From Chloroflexota bacterium (lineage in GTDB: Bacteria; Chloroflexota; Limnocylindria; Limnocylindrales; CSP1-4): a stretch of 64,000 nt of DNA. The stretch lies in NCBI GenBank assembly GCA_004297395.1, contig SCUO01000100.1, forward strand, positions 80,418 to 144,417, given 5' to 3'. Below the pieces are notes generated by a model. The model was not told the DNA's origin, ran no database searches, and worked only from the letters and a program-made list of their open reading frames with translations. Positions 28,659 through 38,038 of this stretch are shown in pieces. Position 1 is the stretch's first letter. Every line of letters starts with the position of its first letter. Position numbers and translations under genes: made by a program.

Positions 28659-29459
28659 ATGTCCGACCAGCTCTCGCTGCGGCTCGAGCCGGCGCTCCCG
28701 AACCCGCCGACCTCGCTGCGCCCGATGCTGGCCCGGCCCCTCCCCGAGCCGTTCGATTCCGCCGACCATCTCTTCGAGCCGGCGTGGGGCGGCCGGCGAG
28801 CCCTGGCCGTCATCGGCCCGGCGGAGATGCCCGGTGGCGGCGATGTCACGTTCCTCGACGAGCGAGGTGAGGAGCTGCCGCTCGTGCCGCCCGAGCTCGC
28901 CGGCCTCGGCGTCCGGGTCGCGGCCCGCTCGGCAGTCCTCGACGGCGAGCTGGTGGTCGTGGATGCGAGCGGCCGCGCCGACCCGGTCGAGCTCGCCCGT
29001 CGACTGGCGGGTGAGCCTGGCCGGCCCGTCGCGTTCCTGGCCTTCGACCTCCTGGACCTCGACGGCCGGCCCCTCCTGTCGCAGCCGTTGGAGCGCCGGC
29101 GCGACCTGCTGCGTCGCGTGCTGCGTCCGGGCGACGAGGTCCTCGCCGTGCCGGCGATCCCCGGGGAGGGGCGGGCGCTGTTCGCCGCCGTCGCCGCGCA
29201 GGGCCTGGCCGGGATCCTCGCCCGCCAGCGCTCGAGCCCCTACCTGCCCGGAACCCGGAGCCGCCTCTGGCGGTTCATCCCGGTCGCCGGCCGGGTCGCC
29301 GCCGGGGCCGACGGCGCCCCTGGGGCAGGCGCGACCGGCACCGATGGCGCCGAAGGCGTGGGCGGCGCGGTGGGCGACGGGGGCGTCGCCGGGAGCGCGC
29401 CAGTCCTTGCCCTCATCCGCCGCCTGCCGCTCGGGCTCGACGAGCCGGTCGAGGGCTGA
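28659..29459 (+). CDS. ATP-dependent DNA ligase adenylation-domain homolog with degenerate catalytic motifs
   Basis: PMLA, LDGELV, AFDLL.LDG, PLERRR.LL and SPY.PG.RS.LW are retained, but motif I reads EPAWGG instead of E.KWDG. Confidence 0.75.
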   Translation: MSDQLSLRLEPALPNPPTSLRPMLARPLPEPFDSADHLFEPAWGGRRALAVIGPAEMPGGGDVTFLDERGEELPLVPPELAGLGVRVAARSAVLDGELVVVDASGRADPVELARRLAGEPGRPVAFLAFDLLDLDGRPLLSQPLERRRDLLRRVLRPGDEVLAVPAIPGEGRALFAAVAAQGLAGILARQRSSPYLPGTRSRLWRFIPVAGRVAAGADGAPGAGATGTDGAEGVGGAVGDGGVAGSAPVLALIRRLPLGLDEPVEG

Positions 29460-29479
29460 TCGACCTCCCGACGCGACCC

Positions 29480-30778
29480 TCAGTCCCCCGGCGCGAGGAT
29501 CGCCCGGAGGAGCTTCCCCGGGCCGGGGCGCTGGCCGTAGAGGATGACGCCCGCCGTGTAGACCCGGATCGCCAGGGCGGCCACCAGCACGATCGCAACG
29601 ACGAGGAGGCCGTAGGCGAGGACCAGCTCCCACGCCTCCACCCGCCCGACAGTCAGCCGGGTGAACATCACGAACGGGCTCCAGAAGGGCACCAGCGACG
29701 AGAATTGCTGCAGCCCGCCGACCCCGCCCGAGAGCGCCATCACCGCCTGCAGATAGCCGGCGATCCCGATCAGGCTCATCGGCAGGGCGATGACCTGGAG
29801 ATCCTCGACCCGGCTGACGAGCGAGCCGGCGGCAGCATAGATCAGGGCATAGAGCGTGAAGCCGAGGACGAAGAACGCCCCGTAGGCCAGGAACAGGGAA
29901 GGTTCGATGCCCGCCAACGGCGATTCGATGCCGCCCGCCAGGCCGATCGCCCGGGCCACCGGATCCTGGAGGGCCAGGGCCACGATCGCGGGCAGGAGGA
30001 TGGCCAGGTACTGGACGAGGCCCGCCAGGCCGATGCCGACGACCTTGCCGAGCACGAGCTGGGTCGGCGACGCGGCGCTGATGAGCAGCTCCATGACCCG
30101 CGTCTCCTTCTCGACCGCCACGCCCGCGGCGACCCACATTCCGTAGATGACGATCGTCAGGAACAGGACGACGACGAGGACCGTGCCCAGGAGCTGCCGG
30201 CTGGCGATGGCGATCGTACCGAGCGGGGCGCCGCCGGCGGTCGGGCCCGCGGCCGCGAGGACATCGAGCGTCGGGAACTGGAAGCCCGCGGCCCCAGTCC
30301 GGCTCGACCAGTCCAGGATCGCGACCCCGAATGCGCCGACCTGGACCAGCTGGGTCCGGTCGGAGCCGATCCCCTGGCCGGTCAGGAACGTGAAGTCGAG
30401 CCGGCCGGTCGCGTCGCGCTCGGCGACGATGGCGCCGTCGTAGACGCCATTTGCGACGTCCTCCTGGATCCCGGCGTGATCCCGGGTGATCGGGAACTCG
30501 TACGGCTGGCCGGCCCCGCCGGAGGTGAGGCGCAGGACGTCGCCCATGACGCTGGCGGCCTGGGTCGCGAGCACCGGGTCGTCGGCCACGATCGCGATCG
30601 TCGTCGTGGTATCCCGGTCGAGCACCCGGATGATGACCGGCAGGAACGCGACGAAGACGGCGAGCGAGGCGAGGAGCACGGTCGAGGCGAAGAACGGGCG
30701 GCTCCTGACACGCTCCACGAACTCGCGCCCGGCCACGATCTGGGCGTTGGGCAGGACGGGGTCCTCGCGATCGCTCAC
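29480..30778 (-). CDS. ABC-2 transporter permease (NatB-like)
   Basis: [44 protein letters not shown] and PF.SPFVM..R motifs. Confidence 0.9.
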   Translation of the reverse strand: MSDREDPVLPNAQIVAGREFVERVRSRPFFASTVLLASLAVFVAFLPVIIRVLDRDTTTTIAIVADDPVLATQAASVMGDVLRLTSGGAGQPYEFPITRDHAGIQEDVANGVYDGAIVAERDATGRLDFTFLTGQGIGSDRTQLVQVGAFGVAILDWSSRTGAAGFQFPTLDVLAAAGPTAGGAPLGTIAIASRQLLGTVLVVVLFLTIVIYGMWVAAGVAVEKETRVMELLISAASPTQLVLGKVVGIGLAGLVQYLAILLPAIVALALQDPVARAIGLAGGIESPLAGIEPSLFLAYGAFFVLGFTLYALIYAAAGSLVSRVEDLQVIALPMSLIGIAGYLQAVMALSGGVGGLQQFSSLVPFWSPFVMFTRLTVGRVEAWELVLAYGLLVVAIVLVAALAIRVYTAGVILYGQRPGPGKLLRAILAPGD

Positions 30779-31758
30779 GCGACCCGCTCCTCGGCGCCGT
30801 CGGTGCTGTCGGCGCCTGCCGGCGCCGGTCCCGGGGCGAGCGATTCGTCCTCCGACGCGGGGTGGCCCACGAGCTCGATGAAGACCTGCTCGAGTGACGG
30901 GTCGGCGACCTCGAAGTGGCGGACCTGGGCGCCCCGCGCCAGTGCGGCCGCCAGGATCACGCCGGGCTCGACCCCGGGCTCCAGGTCCAGCTCCACCCGC
31001 TCGATGCCCGGCCGCAGGATCCGGATCCCGGGGACCTCGCGCAGCCAGTCCATCCGGAGGTCGCCCTCGACCGAGAGGACGACGCTCTGCCGGCCGGTCG
31101 AGCGCTTGACATCCCGGAGCGAGCCGGCGGCGATAAGCCGCCCACGGTCGATGATCGCGACCGATTCACACATCGCCTCGACCGTCTCCATCTGGTGGGT
31201 CGAGAGGACGATCGTTTTGCCCCGATCGCGGAGCTCGAGGATGGCCTGCCGGAGAAGGACGACGTTGACCGGGTCGAGGCCGGTGAACGGCTCGTCCATG
31301 AGCAGGACGTCGGGGTCATGGAGGACCGCGGCGAGGAACTGGATCTTCTGCTGGTTGCCCTTGGAGAGCTCGTCGGCCCGCCGGGTCGCGAAGTCCGGCA
31401 CGCGCAGGCGAGCCAGCCACTCGAGCGTCGTGCGATGGGCGTCCTCGGCCGCCATACCGTGGAGCCGGGCGAAGAAGACGAGCTGGTCGAGGACGGTCAT
31501 CTTGGGGTAGAGGCCGCGCTCCTCGGGCAGGTAACCCCAGGTCGCCCGGGCCAGGCGTCGGTGGTCGATCCCGCCCCAGGTGATCGTGCCGGCGTCGGCT
31601 CGCAGGACCCCGAGGGCGATCCGCATCGTCGTCGTCTTGCCGGCTCCGTTCGAGCCGAGGAAGCCGAAGACGTGACCGGCCGGGATCTCGAGGGACAGGT
31701 CGTCCAGCGCCTGGACGCGGCCGAAGCGCTTGCTCAGGCGATCGATGGCGAGCGACAC
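30775..31758 (-). CDS. ABC transporter ATP-binding protein (NatA-like)
   Basis: [29 protein letters not shown] and C-terminal PSLEQVF motifs. Confidence 0.95.
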   Translation of the reverse strand: MSLAIDRLSKRFGRVQALDDLSLEIPAGHVFGFLGSNGAGKTTTMRIALGVLRADAGTITWGGIDHRRLARATWGYLPEERGLYPKMTVLDQLVFFARLHGMAAEDAHRTTLEWLARLRVPDFATRRADELSKGNQQKIQFLAAVLHDPDVLLMDEPFTGLDPVNVVLLRQAILELRDRGKTIVLSTHQMETVEAMCESVAIIDRGRLIAAGSLRDVKRSTGRQSVVLSVEGDLRMDWLREVPGIRILRPGIERVELDLEPGVEPGVILAAALARGAQVRHFEVADPSLEQVFIELVGHPASEDESLAPGPAPAGADSTDGAEERVA

Positions 31759-31825
31759 GCGGCCGAGGATAGCCCCGGATCGTCAAGCCGTCGCGTGACC
31801 CGATCGTCCCGGTGCGGTCCCCGGG

Positions 31826-34381
31826 TCAGGCCACCCAGGCGGTGCGACCGCGGAACCGGATGAGCTCGGCGACCGCGGCCGGGATGAGGGCGACGACCGC
31901 CACGAGGAGCCACTCCTCGAGGTCGAGGGGCGATGCCCGGAACGCCTCGCGGACGCCCGGCACGAACGGGATCGCCAGCTGGATGGCGACTACCAGGATG
32001 CCGCCCACGAGCAGGAACCCGTTCCGCCCGACCCGGAGGACGGGGATCCGGAGGCTGCGATTGGCGTACGCCCGGACGACCTGGCCGCAGACGAGGGCGC
32101 TGTACGCCAGCCAGCGGACATGCTCGTCGTCGCCGGGGTGGCTGACCATGAGCCACAGCGCGGCGGCGGCGGTGAACCCGCCGGCGACTGCGATCCGGAG
32201 CAGGATCCCGGCGCCCAGGAGCGGCTCGCCGATCCGCCGCGGCGGCCTCGACATCACGTTCGGCTCGCCGGGCTCGCGCTCGAAGGCGATCGATGTCGAC
32301 GAATCGATGAACAGCTCCATCCACAGGATCTGGATCGGGAGGAGCGGCTGGCCGAAGCCGGCCAGCGTCGCGATGAGGATGAAGCCCAGAAACGCGACGT
32401 GGGTCGAGACGAGGAAGACGAGGCCCTTCTGGATGTTGTCGACGATCCGCCGGCCCTCGCGCAGGCCGAAGAGCAGGGTCGCGAACGAATCGTCGCCCAG
32501 GACGAGGTCGGCGGCCTCGCGAGCCACGGCCGTGCCCGACCCCATGGCCACGGCGACATCGGCGTTGTGGAGGGCCGGGGCGTCGTTCACGCCGTCGCCG
32601 GTGACGGCCACGAGCCGCCCGCTGGCCCGGGCCACTCGCACGATCCGTTCCTTCTGCTCGGGCGTCGATCGGGCCACGATGTGGAGGTCCGGCAGCTCGC
32701 GGGCCAGGCGCTCGTCATCCCAGGCGGCCAGCTCGCCGCCGGTCGCGATCCGCTCCCCGCCCAGCCCGGCCGCCCTGGCGATCGCGGCCGCGGTCGATGG
32801 GTGATCGCCGGTCACGACGATCGTCTGGATGCCCGCGGCCTGGGCCTCGCGGAGGGCCGCCTCCATGCCCGGCCGGAGCGGATCCGCGAAGCCGATGAGG
32901 GCGACCATCCGCCACCCGGCGGGATCGCCGGGCAGGCCATCAGCCCGGGCGATGCCGATGAGCCGCTCGCCGGCCGCGGCCCCGGCCTCGATCTCGCGGT
33001 GCCAGGCCTCGCGCTCCGCGTCGCCCTCGATGGCGACCATCGCCAGCACCGCCTCGGGTGCGCCGCTCGCCAATCGCTCCGGACCGGCGGCCCGGCGGGT
33101 CACGGTCAGCGAGATCGGGCGGTCGCCCGTGGGCGGCTCGGCGTCGATGAGCTCGTCGAGGGGCAGCTGGTGGGACGCGCCAGCGGCATCGATCGCTCGC
33201 TCGAGGGCCCGGGTGAACGCCCCCGGCGCCGTGCCGTCGGCCCGGGCCCAGGCATCCGCCTCGGCGCGGAGGGCGAGGGCCAGGATCTCGCGCCTGGCGT
33301 CGGGACCGTCGACCCGGCCGCCAGCGCCGCGGATCGAAGCCACGTCGAGGCGGTTCACCGTGAGCGTGCCGGTCTTGTCGGTGACGATGAGGTCGATGGC
33401 CCCGAGGACCTCCTCGGCGTTGAGGCGCCGGACGAGGACGCCGCGCTTCAGCAGCCGGAACGCCCCGAGGCCGAGGATGACGGCGAGGAGCACCGGCGGC
33501 TCCTCGGGGATCGCCGCGATCGCCGCCGAGATGCCGGCCAGGACGTTCTCGCCGAGTGACTGGCCGCGGACGAAGCCCAGCCCCGACACGATCGCGATGA
33601 GGGCGATCGCGACGACGAGCAGGATCCGGACGAGGCGGTCCAGCTCGTGCTGGAGCGGCGAGCGGCGCTCCATCCGGCCGGTCAGGCGGCCGGCGATCCG
33701 TCCGACCTCGGTCCGGGTCCCGATGGCGATCACGAGGCCCTCCCCTCGCCCACCGACGACGCTCGTCCCGGCATAGGCGATGGAGCGGCGATCGGCGAGG
33801 AGGGCGTCCGCCTGGTCCGGCTCCGACCGCCCCTGCTCGGGGACGGATTCCCCGGTCAGGACGCTCCGGTCGACGAGCAGCCGGTCGGTGCGGCTGAGGC
33901 GGAGGTCCGCCGGGACGATGTCGCCGCCCCGGAGGAGAACGACGTCGCCCGGCACGAGCGTCGCCGCGGTGATGTCGAGGGGCTCGCCGGCCCGTCGCAC
34001 CCGCGCCATGGGCGCCGAGGCGTCGCGGAGGGCATCGAGGGCCCGCTCGCCGCGGTACTCGGTGACGACGTCGGCACCGACGATCGGGAGCAGGCCCACG
34101 AAGATGAGCAGGCCGTCGCGGACCTCGTTGAGCAGGATCGCGCCGACGGCCGCGGCGGCGAGCAGCAGCACGAACGGTTCCGTGGCCGACTCGACCACCA
34201 TCCGGACGATGGATTCCCGTTTCCGCGGCTCCAGCTCGTTGGGGCCGGCGACGGCCGCCCGCTCCACGGCCTCGTCGGGGGTCAGCCCTATGCTGGCGTC
34301 AACCTGCAGCGCGGCCGCGACATCCGCGACGGGCAGCCCATGGGCCGACGCCGCCAGGTCCGTGGGAACGGTGGGGGTCAC
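31826..34381 (-). CDS. cation-transporting P-type ATPase (type II-like)
   Basis: GD.VPAD, LTGES, phosphorylation site DKTGT, GAPE, TGDHP and TGDGVNDAPAL motifs; about 10 TM segments. Confidence 0.95.
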   Translation of the reverse strand: MTPTVPTDLAASAHGLPVADVAAALQVDASIGLTPDEAVERAAVAGPNELEPRKRESIVRMVVESATEPFVLLLAAAAVGAILLNEVRDGLLIFVGLLPIVGADVVTEYRGERALDALRDASAPMARVRRAGEPLDITAATLVPGDVVLLRGGDIVPADLRLSRTDRLLVDRSVLTGESVPEQGRSEPDQADALLADRRSIAYAGTSVVGGRGEGLVIAIGTRTEVGRIAGRLTGRMERRSPLQHELDRLVRILLVVAIALIAIVSGLGFVRGQSLGENVLAGISAAIAAIPEEPPVLLAVILGLGAFRLLKRGVLVRRLNAEEVLGAIDLIVTDKTGTLTVNRLDVASIRGAGGRVDGPDARREILALALRAEADAWARADGTAPGAFTRALERAIDAAGASHQLPLDELIDAEPPTGDRPISLTVTRRAAGPERLASGAPEAVLAMVAIEGDAEREAWHREIEAGAAAGERLIGIARADGLPGDPAGWRMVALIGFADPLRPGMEAALREAQAAGIQTIVVTGDHPSTAAAIARAAGLGGERIATGGELAAWDDERLARELPDLHIVARSTPEQKERIVRVARASGRLVAVTGDGVNDAPALHNADVAVAMGSGTAVAREAADLVLGDDSFATLLFGLREGRRIVDNIQKGLVFLVSTHVAFLGFILIATLAGFGQPLLPIQILWMELFIDSSTSIAFEREPGEPNVMSRPPRRIGEPLLGAGILLRIAVAGGFTAAAALWLMVSHPGDDEHVRWLAYSALVCGQVVRAYANRSLRIPVLRVGRNGFLLVGGILVVAIQLAIPFVPGVREAFRASPLDLEEWLLVAVVALIPAAVAELIRFRGRTAWVA

Positions 34382-34586
34382 GCGCCCATCATCGCGGGAA
34401 TCGCGCCGCTGTTCATCGGTCGCATCGGCCGGCCGTCACGGGCCGATCGGCCCAGCTCGAAGCCCGGCGGCACCGGGGGCCCTGGCGGCCCTGACCGCCG
34501 TGGCGTCACCGCGGCGCCCCGGTCCGCTGCGCGTGCCCGCCTCGCCGCCCGCGGCGCGCCGGACCGGGCCGGTGCACAATCCCGAG

Positions 34587-34979
34587 GTGAGCCTCCAGCC
34601 CGCCGCCGAGACGACGACCCCGGTCCGGATCCACGCCGACCGGGCGGCCGGGACGCTGGCCATAGACTGGGCCGACGGCCACGGCTCGCTCTTCGAGGCG
34701 GTCGGGCTTCGCTGGCTCTGCCCCTGCGCCTACTGCCGCGGCGAGGCCGGACTGCCCGGCTGGCTCGACACCGGCCCGACCCTCACCGCCGAGCAGACAC
34801 GCCTCGTCGACGTCCATCTCATCGGCTCCTATGCCATCGCCCCGGAGTGGGCCGACGGCCACCACACCGGCTACTACCCGTTCGTGCTCCTTCGCGATCG
34901 GTGCCCGTGCGCGGCGTGCACGGCCCGGCGCGCCGCGGATCCATCGCCACGCACCAGCTCCCGGGAGGTCCACGCGTGA
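34587..34979 (+). CDS. DUF971 (GBBH-like N-terminal) protein
   Basis: L.IDWADGH, LR..CPCAYC, IGSYAI...WADGH.TG.Y and LR..CPCAAC motifs. Start at GTG 34587 (CACAAT 6 nt upstream). Confidence 0.88.
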   Translation: MSLQPAAETTTPVRIHADRAAGTLAIDWADGHGSLFEAVGLRWLCPCAYCRGEAGLPGWLDTGPTLTAEQTRLVDVHLIGSYAIAPEWADGHHTGYYPFVLLRDRCPCAACTARRAADPSPRTSSREVHA

Positions 34980-35320
34980 TCGTCTCCACCGCCCCGTTCG
35001 TCGCCGGGCACCGCGTCGTCGAGACGAAGGGCCAGACCTTCGGGCTCGTCGTCCGCAGCCGCGGCTTCTCCGGCAACCTCATCGCCGGCCTCCGCTCGCT
35101 CGGCGGCGGCGAGATCCACGAGTACACCGAGCTCCTCGAGGACACCCGCCGCCAGGCTCTCGACCGGCTGGTCAAGAACGCGACGCTGATGGGTGCCAAC
35201 GCGGTGATCTCGATGCGCTTCGACAGCTCCGAGCTGGCCGGCACGATGTCCGAGATCGTGGCCTACGGAACCGCCGTCGTCGTGGTCCCCGACGCCGACG
35301 CGCCCCAGGCCGCGGAGTAG
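34976..35320 (+). CDS. YbjQ (UPF0145) family putative heavy-metal-binding protein
   Basis: G..FGLVVRSR, LRSL.GGEI.EYT.LL...R.QA..R and GANAV..MRFD.......EIVAYGTAV motifs. Confidence 0.92.
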   Translation: MIVSTAPFVAGHRVVETKGQTFGLVVRSRGFSGNLIAGLRSLGGGEIHEYTELLEDTRRQALDRLVKNATLMGANAVISMRFDSSELAGTMSEIVAYGTAVVVVPDADAPQAAE

Positions 35321-35322
35321 CG

Positions 35323-35673
35323 ATGGGCCCGCTCGTCCGCGGGGCGATCGTCGTCCTGGGCGTGATCACGATGCTCAGCGGGCTGGCCGCGATCGTGGTG
35401 GCGCCCGAGGCCGGAGTCGCGGGCCTGTGGGCCGTGGCCACCGGGGCGTTCCTCGTGGTCGTGCCGCTCATCGAGCGCAACCGCTACCGATCGGAGACCG
35501 CCGAGAAGGCGAACCAGTCACCCGGCCCGGGCGGCGGCGAGGCTCGCGACGATGCCATCGAGCCTCGCTTCCGGCCCACGGCAGAGGTCTTCGTCGATCC
35601 GACCTCGGGCCATCGGATGCGGGTCCTCGTCGACCCCCAGACCGGCGAACGCCGCTACGTCGCGGAGGGCTAG
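35323..35673 (+). CDS. small 2-TM membrane protein
   Basis: Two hydrophobic segments, then ERNRYR and RF.PT.EVF.DP.SG.RMRV..DP.TGERRY; ATG 2 nt after the YbjQ stop. Confidence 0.7.
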   Translation: MGPLVRGAIVVLGVITMLSGLAAIVVAPEAGVAGLWAVATGAFLVVVPLIERNRYRSETAEKANQSPGPGGGEARDDAIEPRFRPTAEVFVDPTSGHRMRVLVDPQTGERRYVAEG

Positions 35674-35827
35674 GGCCGGGCGCGCGAACCGGCGCAATCC
35701 GGTCCGCGCAGCAGCGCGGGACCGTACCAACCCGCCGCGCCCCGGGGTCGGCCGATAACAGTCGCGTGCTAGATTCCGCGGCCGACCTGCGAACGGCCCG
35801 GGAGCCGGTCGAGGATCGACGTCGACG

Positions 35828-38038
35828 GTGATCGATCGAATGCCAGCCATGCCCGCGGTCCACCTCGTCGAGGCGGAGCCCGCGCCGGACCGTAAGCACA
35901 AGCCGAAGCGGAATCGCCGCGCCCGGTACTTCGACCGGGAGTTGTCCTGGGTCGAGTTCAACGCCCGCGTCCTGCACGAGGCCCGTGACGACCGCAACCC
36001 GCTGCTGGAGCGCGTCAAGTTCCTGTCGATCTTCGCCAACAACCTCGACGAGTTCTTCCAGGTCCGCGTGGCCGGCCTGCGCGAGCAGGTCCGGGCCGGG
36101 ATCCGGACCCTCCCGGCCGAAGGGCCCGGGCCGGCCGCCCAGCTCAAGGCGGTCCGGAGCCGGGTCGTGGAGCTCGTGGCCGAGCACTCGACGATCTTCC
36201 GCGGTCTTCGCAGCGACCTGCGCAAGGCCGGCATCGAGCTCGTCCAGTACGCCAAGGTGCCCGAGGACCACGCCGCGCTCCGGCAGCGCTTCCTCGACGA
36301 GATCCACCCCGTGCTCACGCCCCTCGCGGTCGATCCCGGGCATCGCTTCCCGTACATCTCGACCCTGACCCTGTCGATCGCCGTCGGCCTGCGCGACCCC
36401 GACACCGGCGTCCGGAGCTTCGCGAGGGTGAAGGTCCCGCCGGTCCTGCCGCGGCTCCTGGAGCTCGAGCGGCAGCCGGGCCAGCCGGCCGGCCAGCACC
36501 GCTTCGTCCTCCTCGACCAGGTCATCGAGGCCAACCTCGACCTCCTGTTCTCGGGCATGGAGATCGAGGCTCACCATCTCTTCCGGGTGACCCGCAACGC
36601 CGACTTCACCCTCGAGGAGGACGAGGCCGATGACCTGCTCCTGGCGATCGAGGAGGAGCTCCGGCGGCGGCGCTTCGGCGAGGCCGTCCGGCTCGAGGTC
36701 GAGCGGACGATGCCCGATTCGCTGCGCCAGATCCTCATCGCCGGCATCGGCGTCACCGAGGACCAGGTCTACGAGGTCAGCGGGATGCTCGACCTGACCG
36801 GCCTCAACCTCCTCGTCGACCTCGATCGGCCCGACCTCAAGGCCGTGCCCTGGAGCCCGGCGACCCCACCGGCCCTCCAGGATTCCCCGGACGGCGAGCC
36901 GGCCGACGTGTTCGCAGCGATCCGGGCCGGCGACATCCTCCTCCACCACCCGTACGACGGCTTCGCCACGACGGTGGAGCAGTTCCTGGCCCAGGCGGCC
37001 GACGATCCCGACGTCCTCACGATCAAGCTGACGGTCTACCGGACGTCGGGCGATTCGCCGATCGTGGCCCACCTCATCCGGGCCGCCGAGCAGGGCAAGC
37101 AGGTCGTCGTCCTGGTCGAGATCAAGGCCCGCTTCGACGAGCGGGCCAACATCGCCTGGGCCCGCAAGCTGGAGCAGGCCGGCGCCCACGTGGTGTACGG
37201 CCTGGTTGGCCTCAAGACCCACTGCAAGACGATGCTCGTCGTCCGGCGCGAGGCCGGCGCGCTCCGCCGCTACGTCCACATCGGGACCGGCAACTACAAC
37301 CCCAGGACCGCCCGCCTGTACACGGATCTCGGGCTCCTGACGGTCCGGGCCGAGCTGGGCCAGGACGTGACGGACCTGTTCAACGTCCTCACCGGGCTGT
37401 CCCGCCAGCGGGCGTTCCGGCGCCTGATCGTCGCCCCGATGGGCCTCCGCCAGCGCTTCCTGGCCCTCGTCGACCGCGAGATCGGGCACGCCGCCGCCGG
37501 ACGCTCGGCCTCCATCGTCCTGAAGATGAACGCCCTCGTCGACCGCGACTGTGTCGATGCGCTGTACCGGGCCTCGGCCGCCGGCGTCGAGGTCGACCTC
37601 ATCATCCGGGGCGCCTGCGCCCTCATCCCCGGGGTGGCCGGCCTGTCCGAGCGGATCCGGGTCCGCTCGATCGTCGGCGAGCTCCTCGAGCACTCCCGGA
37701 TCTGGCGCTTCCAGAACGGCGGCGAGCTCGAGTGGTACATCGGCTCGGCCGATCTCATGGAACGGAACCTGGACCGCCGGATCGAGGCCCTGACCCCGAT
37801 CCAGGAGCCCGAGCTCCAGGCCGAGCTCGACGTCATCCTCGAGACGATGCTGGCGGACGATCGGCGGGCATGGACGCTCGGCGCCGATGGTCGCTGGCTG
37901 CGGGTCGACCGCGACGGCGGGCCGACCAAGGTCGACACCCACGCCGCGCTCCGCAAGCGCGCCCTGCGGGCCGCCGCGGCCGGCAGCCGGCGGGTCGAAT
38001 CCGAGGCCCGGCCGGGGTCGATGGAACCCTGGGCGTGA
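35828..38038 (+). CDS. ppk1: polyphosphate kinase 1
   Basis: YFDRELSW..FN.RVL, NLDEFF.VRVAG, HPYD.F, IK.TVYRT, EIKARFDE..NI, GLKTHCK, GTGNYN, LEHSR and GSADLM.RNL.RR.E motifs. The start could be ATG 35840. Confidence 0.97.
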   Translation: MIDRMPAMPAVHLVEAEPAPDRKHKPKRNRRARYFDRELSWVEFNARVLHEARDDRNPLLERVKFLSIFANNLDEFFQVRVAGLREQVRAGIRTLPAEGPGPAAQLKAVRSRVVELVAEHSTIFRGLRSDLRKAGIELVQYAKVPEDHAALRQRFLDEIHPVLTPLAVDPGHRFPYISTLTLSIAVGLRDPDTGVRSFARVKVPPVLPRLLELERQPGQPAGQHRFVLLDQVIEANLDLLFSGMEIEAHHLFRVTRNADFTLEEDEADDLLLAIEEELRRRRFGEAVRLEVERTMPDSLRQILIAGIGVTEDQVYEVSGMLDLTGLNLLVDLDRPDLKAVPWSPATPPALQDSPDGEPADVFAAIRAGDILLHHPYDGFATTVEQFLAQAADDPDVLTIKLTVYRTSGDSPIVAHLIRAAEQGKQVVVLVEIKARFDERANIAWARKLEQAGAHVVYGLVGLKTHCKTMLVVRREAGALRRYVHIGTGNYNPRTARLYTDLGLLTVRAELGQDVTDLFNVLTGLSRQRAFRRLIVAPMGLRQRFLALVDREIGHAAAGRSASIVLKMNALVDRDCVDALYRASAAGVEVDLIIRGACALIPGVAGLSERIRVRSIVGELLEHSRIWRFQNGGELEWYIGSADLMERNLDRRIEALTPIQEPELQAELDVILETMLADDRRAWTLGADGRWLRVDRDGGPTKVDTHAALRKRALRAAAAGSRRVESEARPGSMEPWA

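Noticed and set aside
28659-29459. Functional LigC/LigD of an NHEJ system
   Set aside because: The catalytic Lys, Asp and Glu are substituted, there is no OB domain, and no Ku, polymerase or phosphoesterase gene is adjacent.
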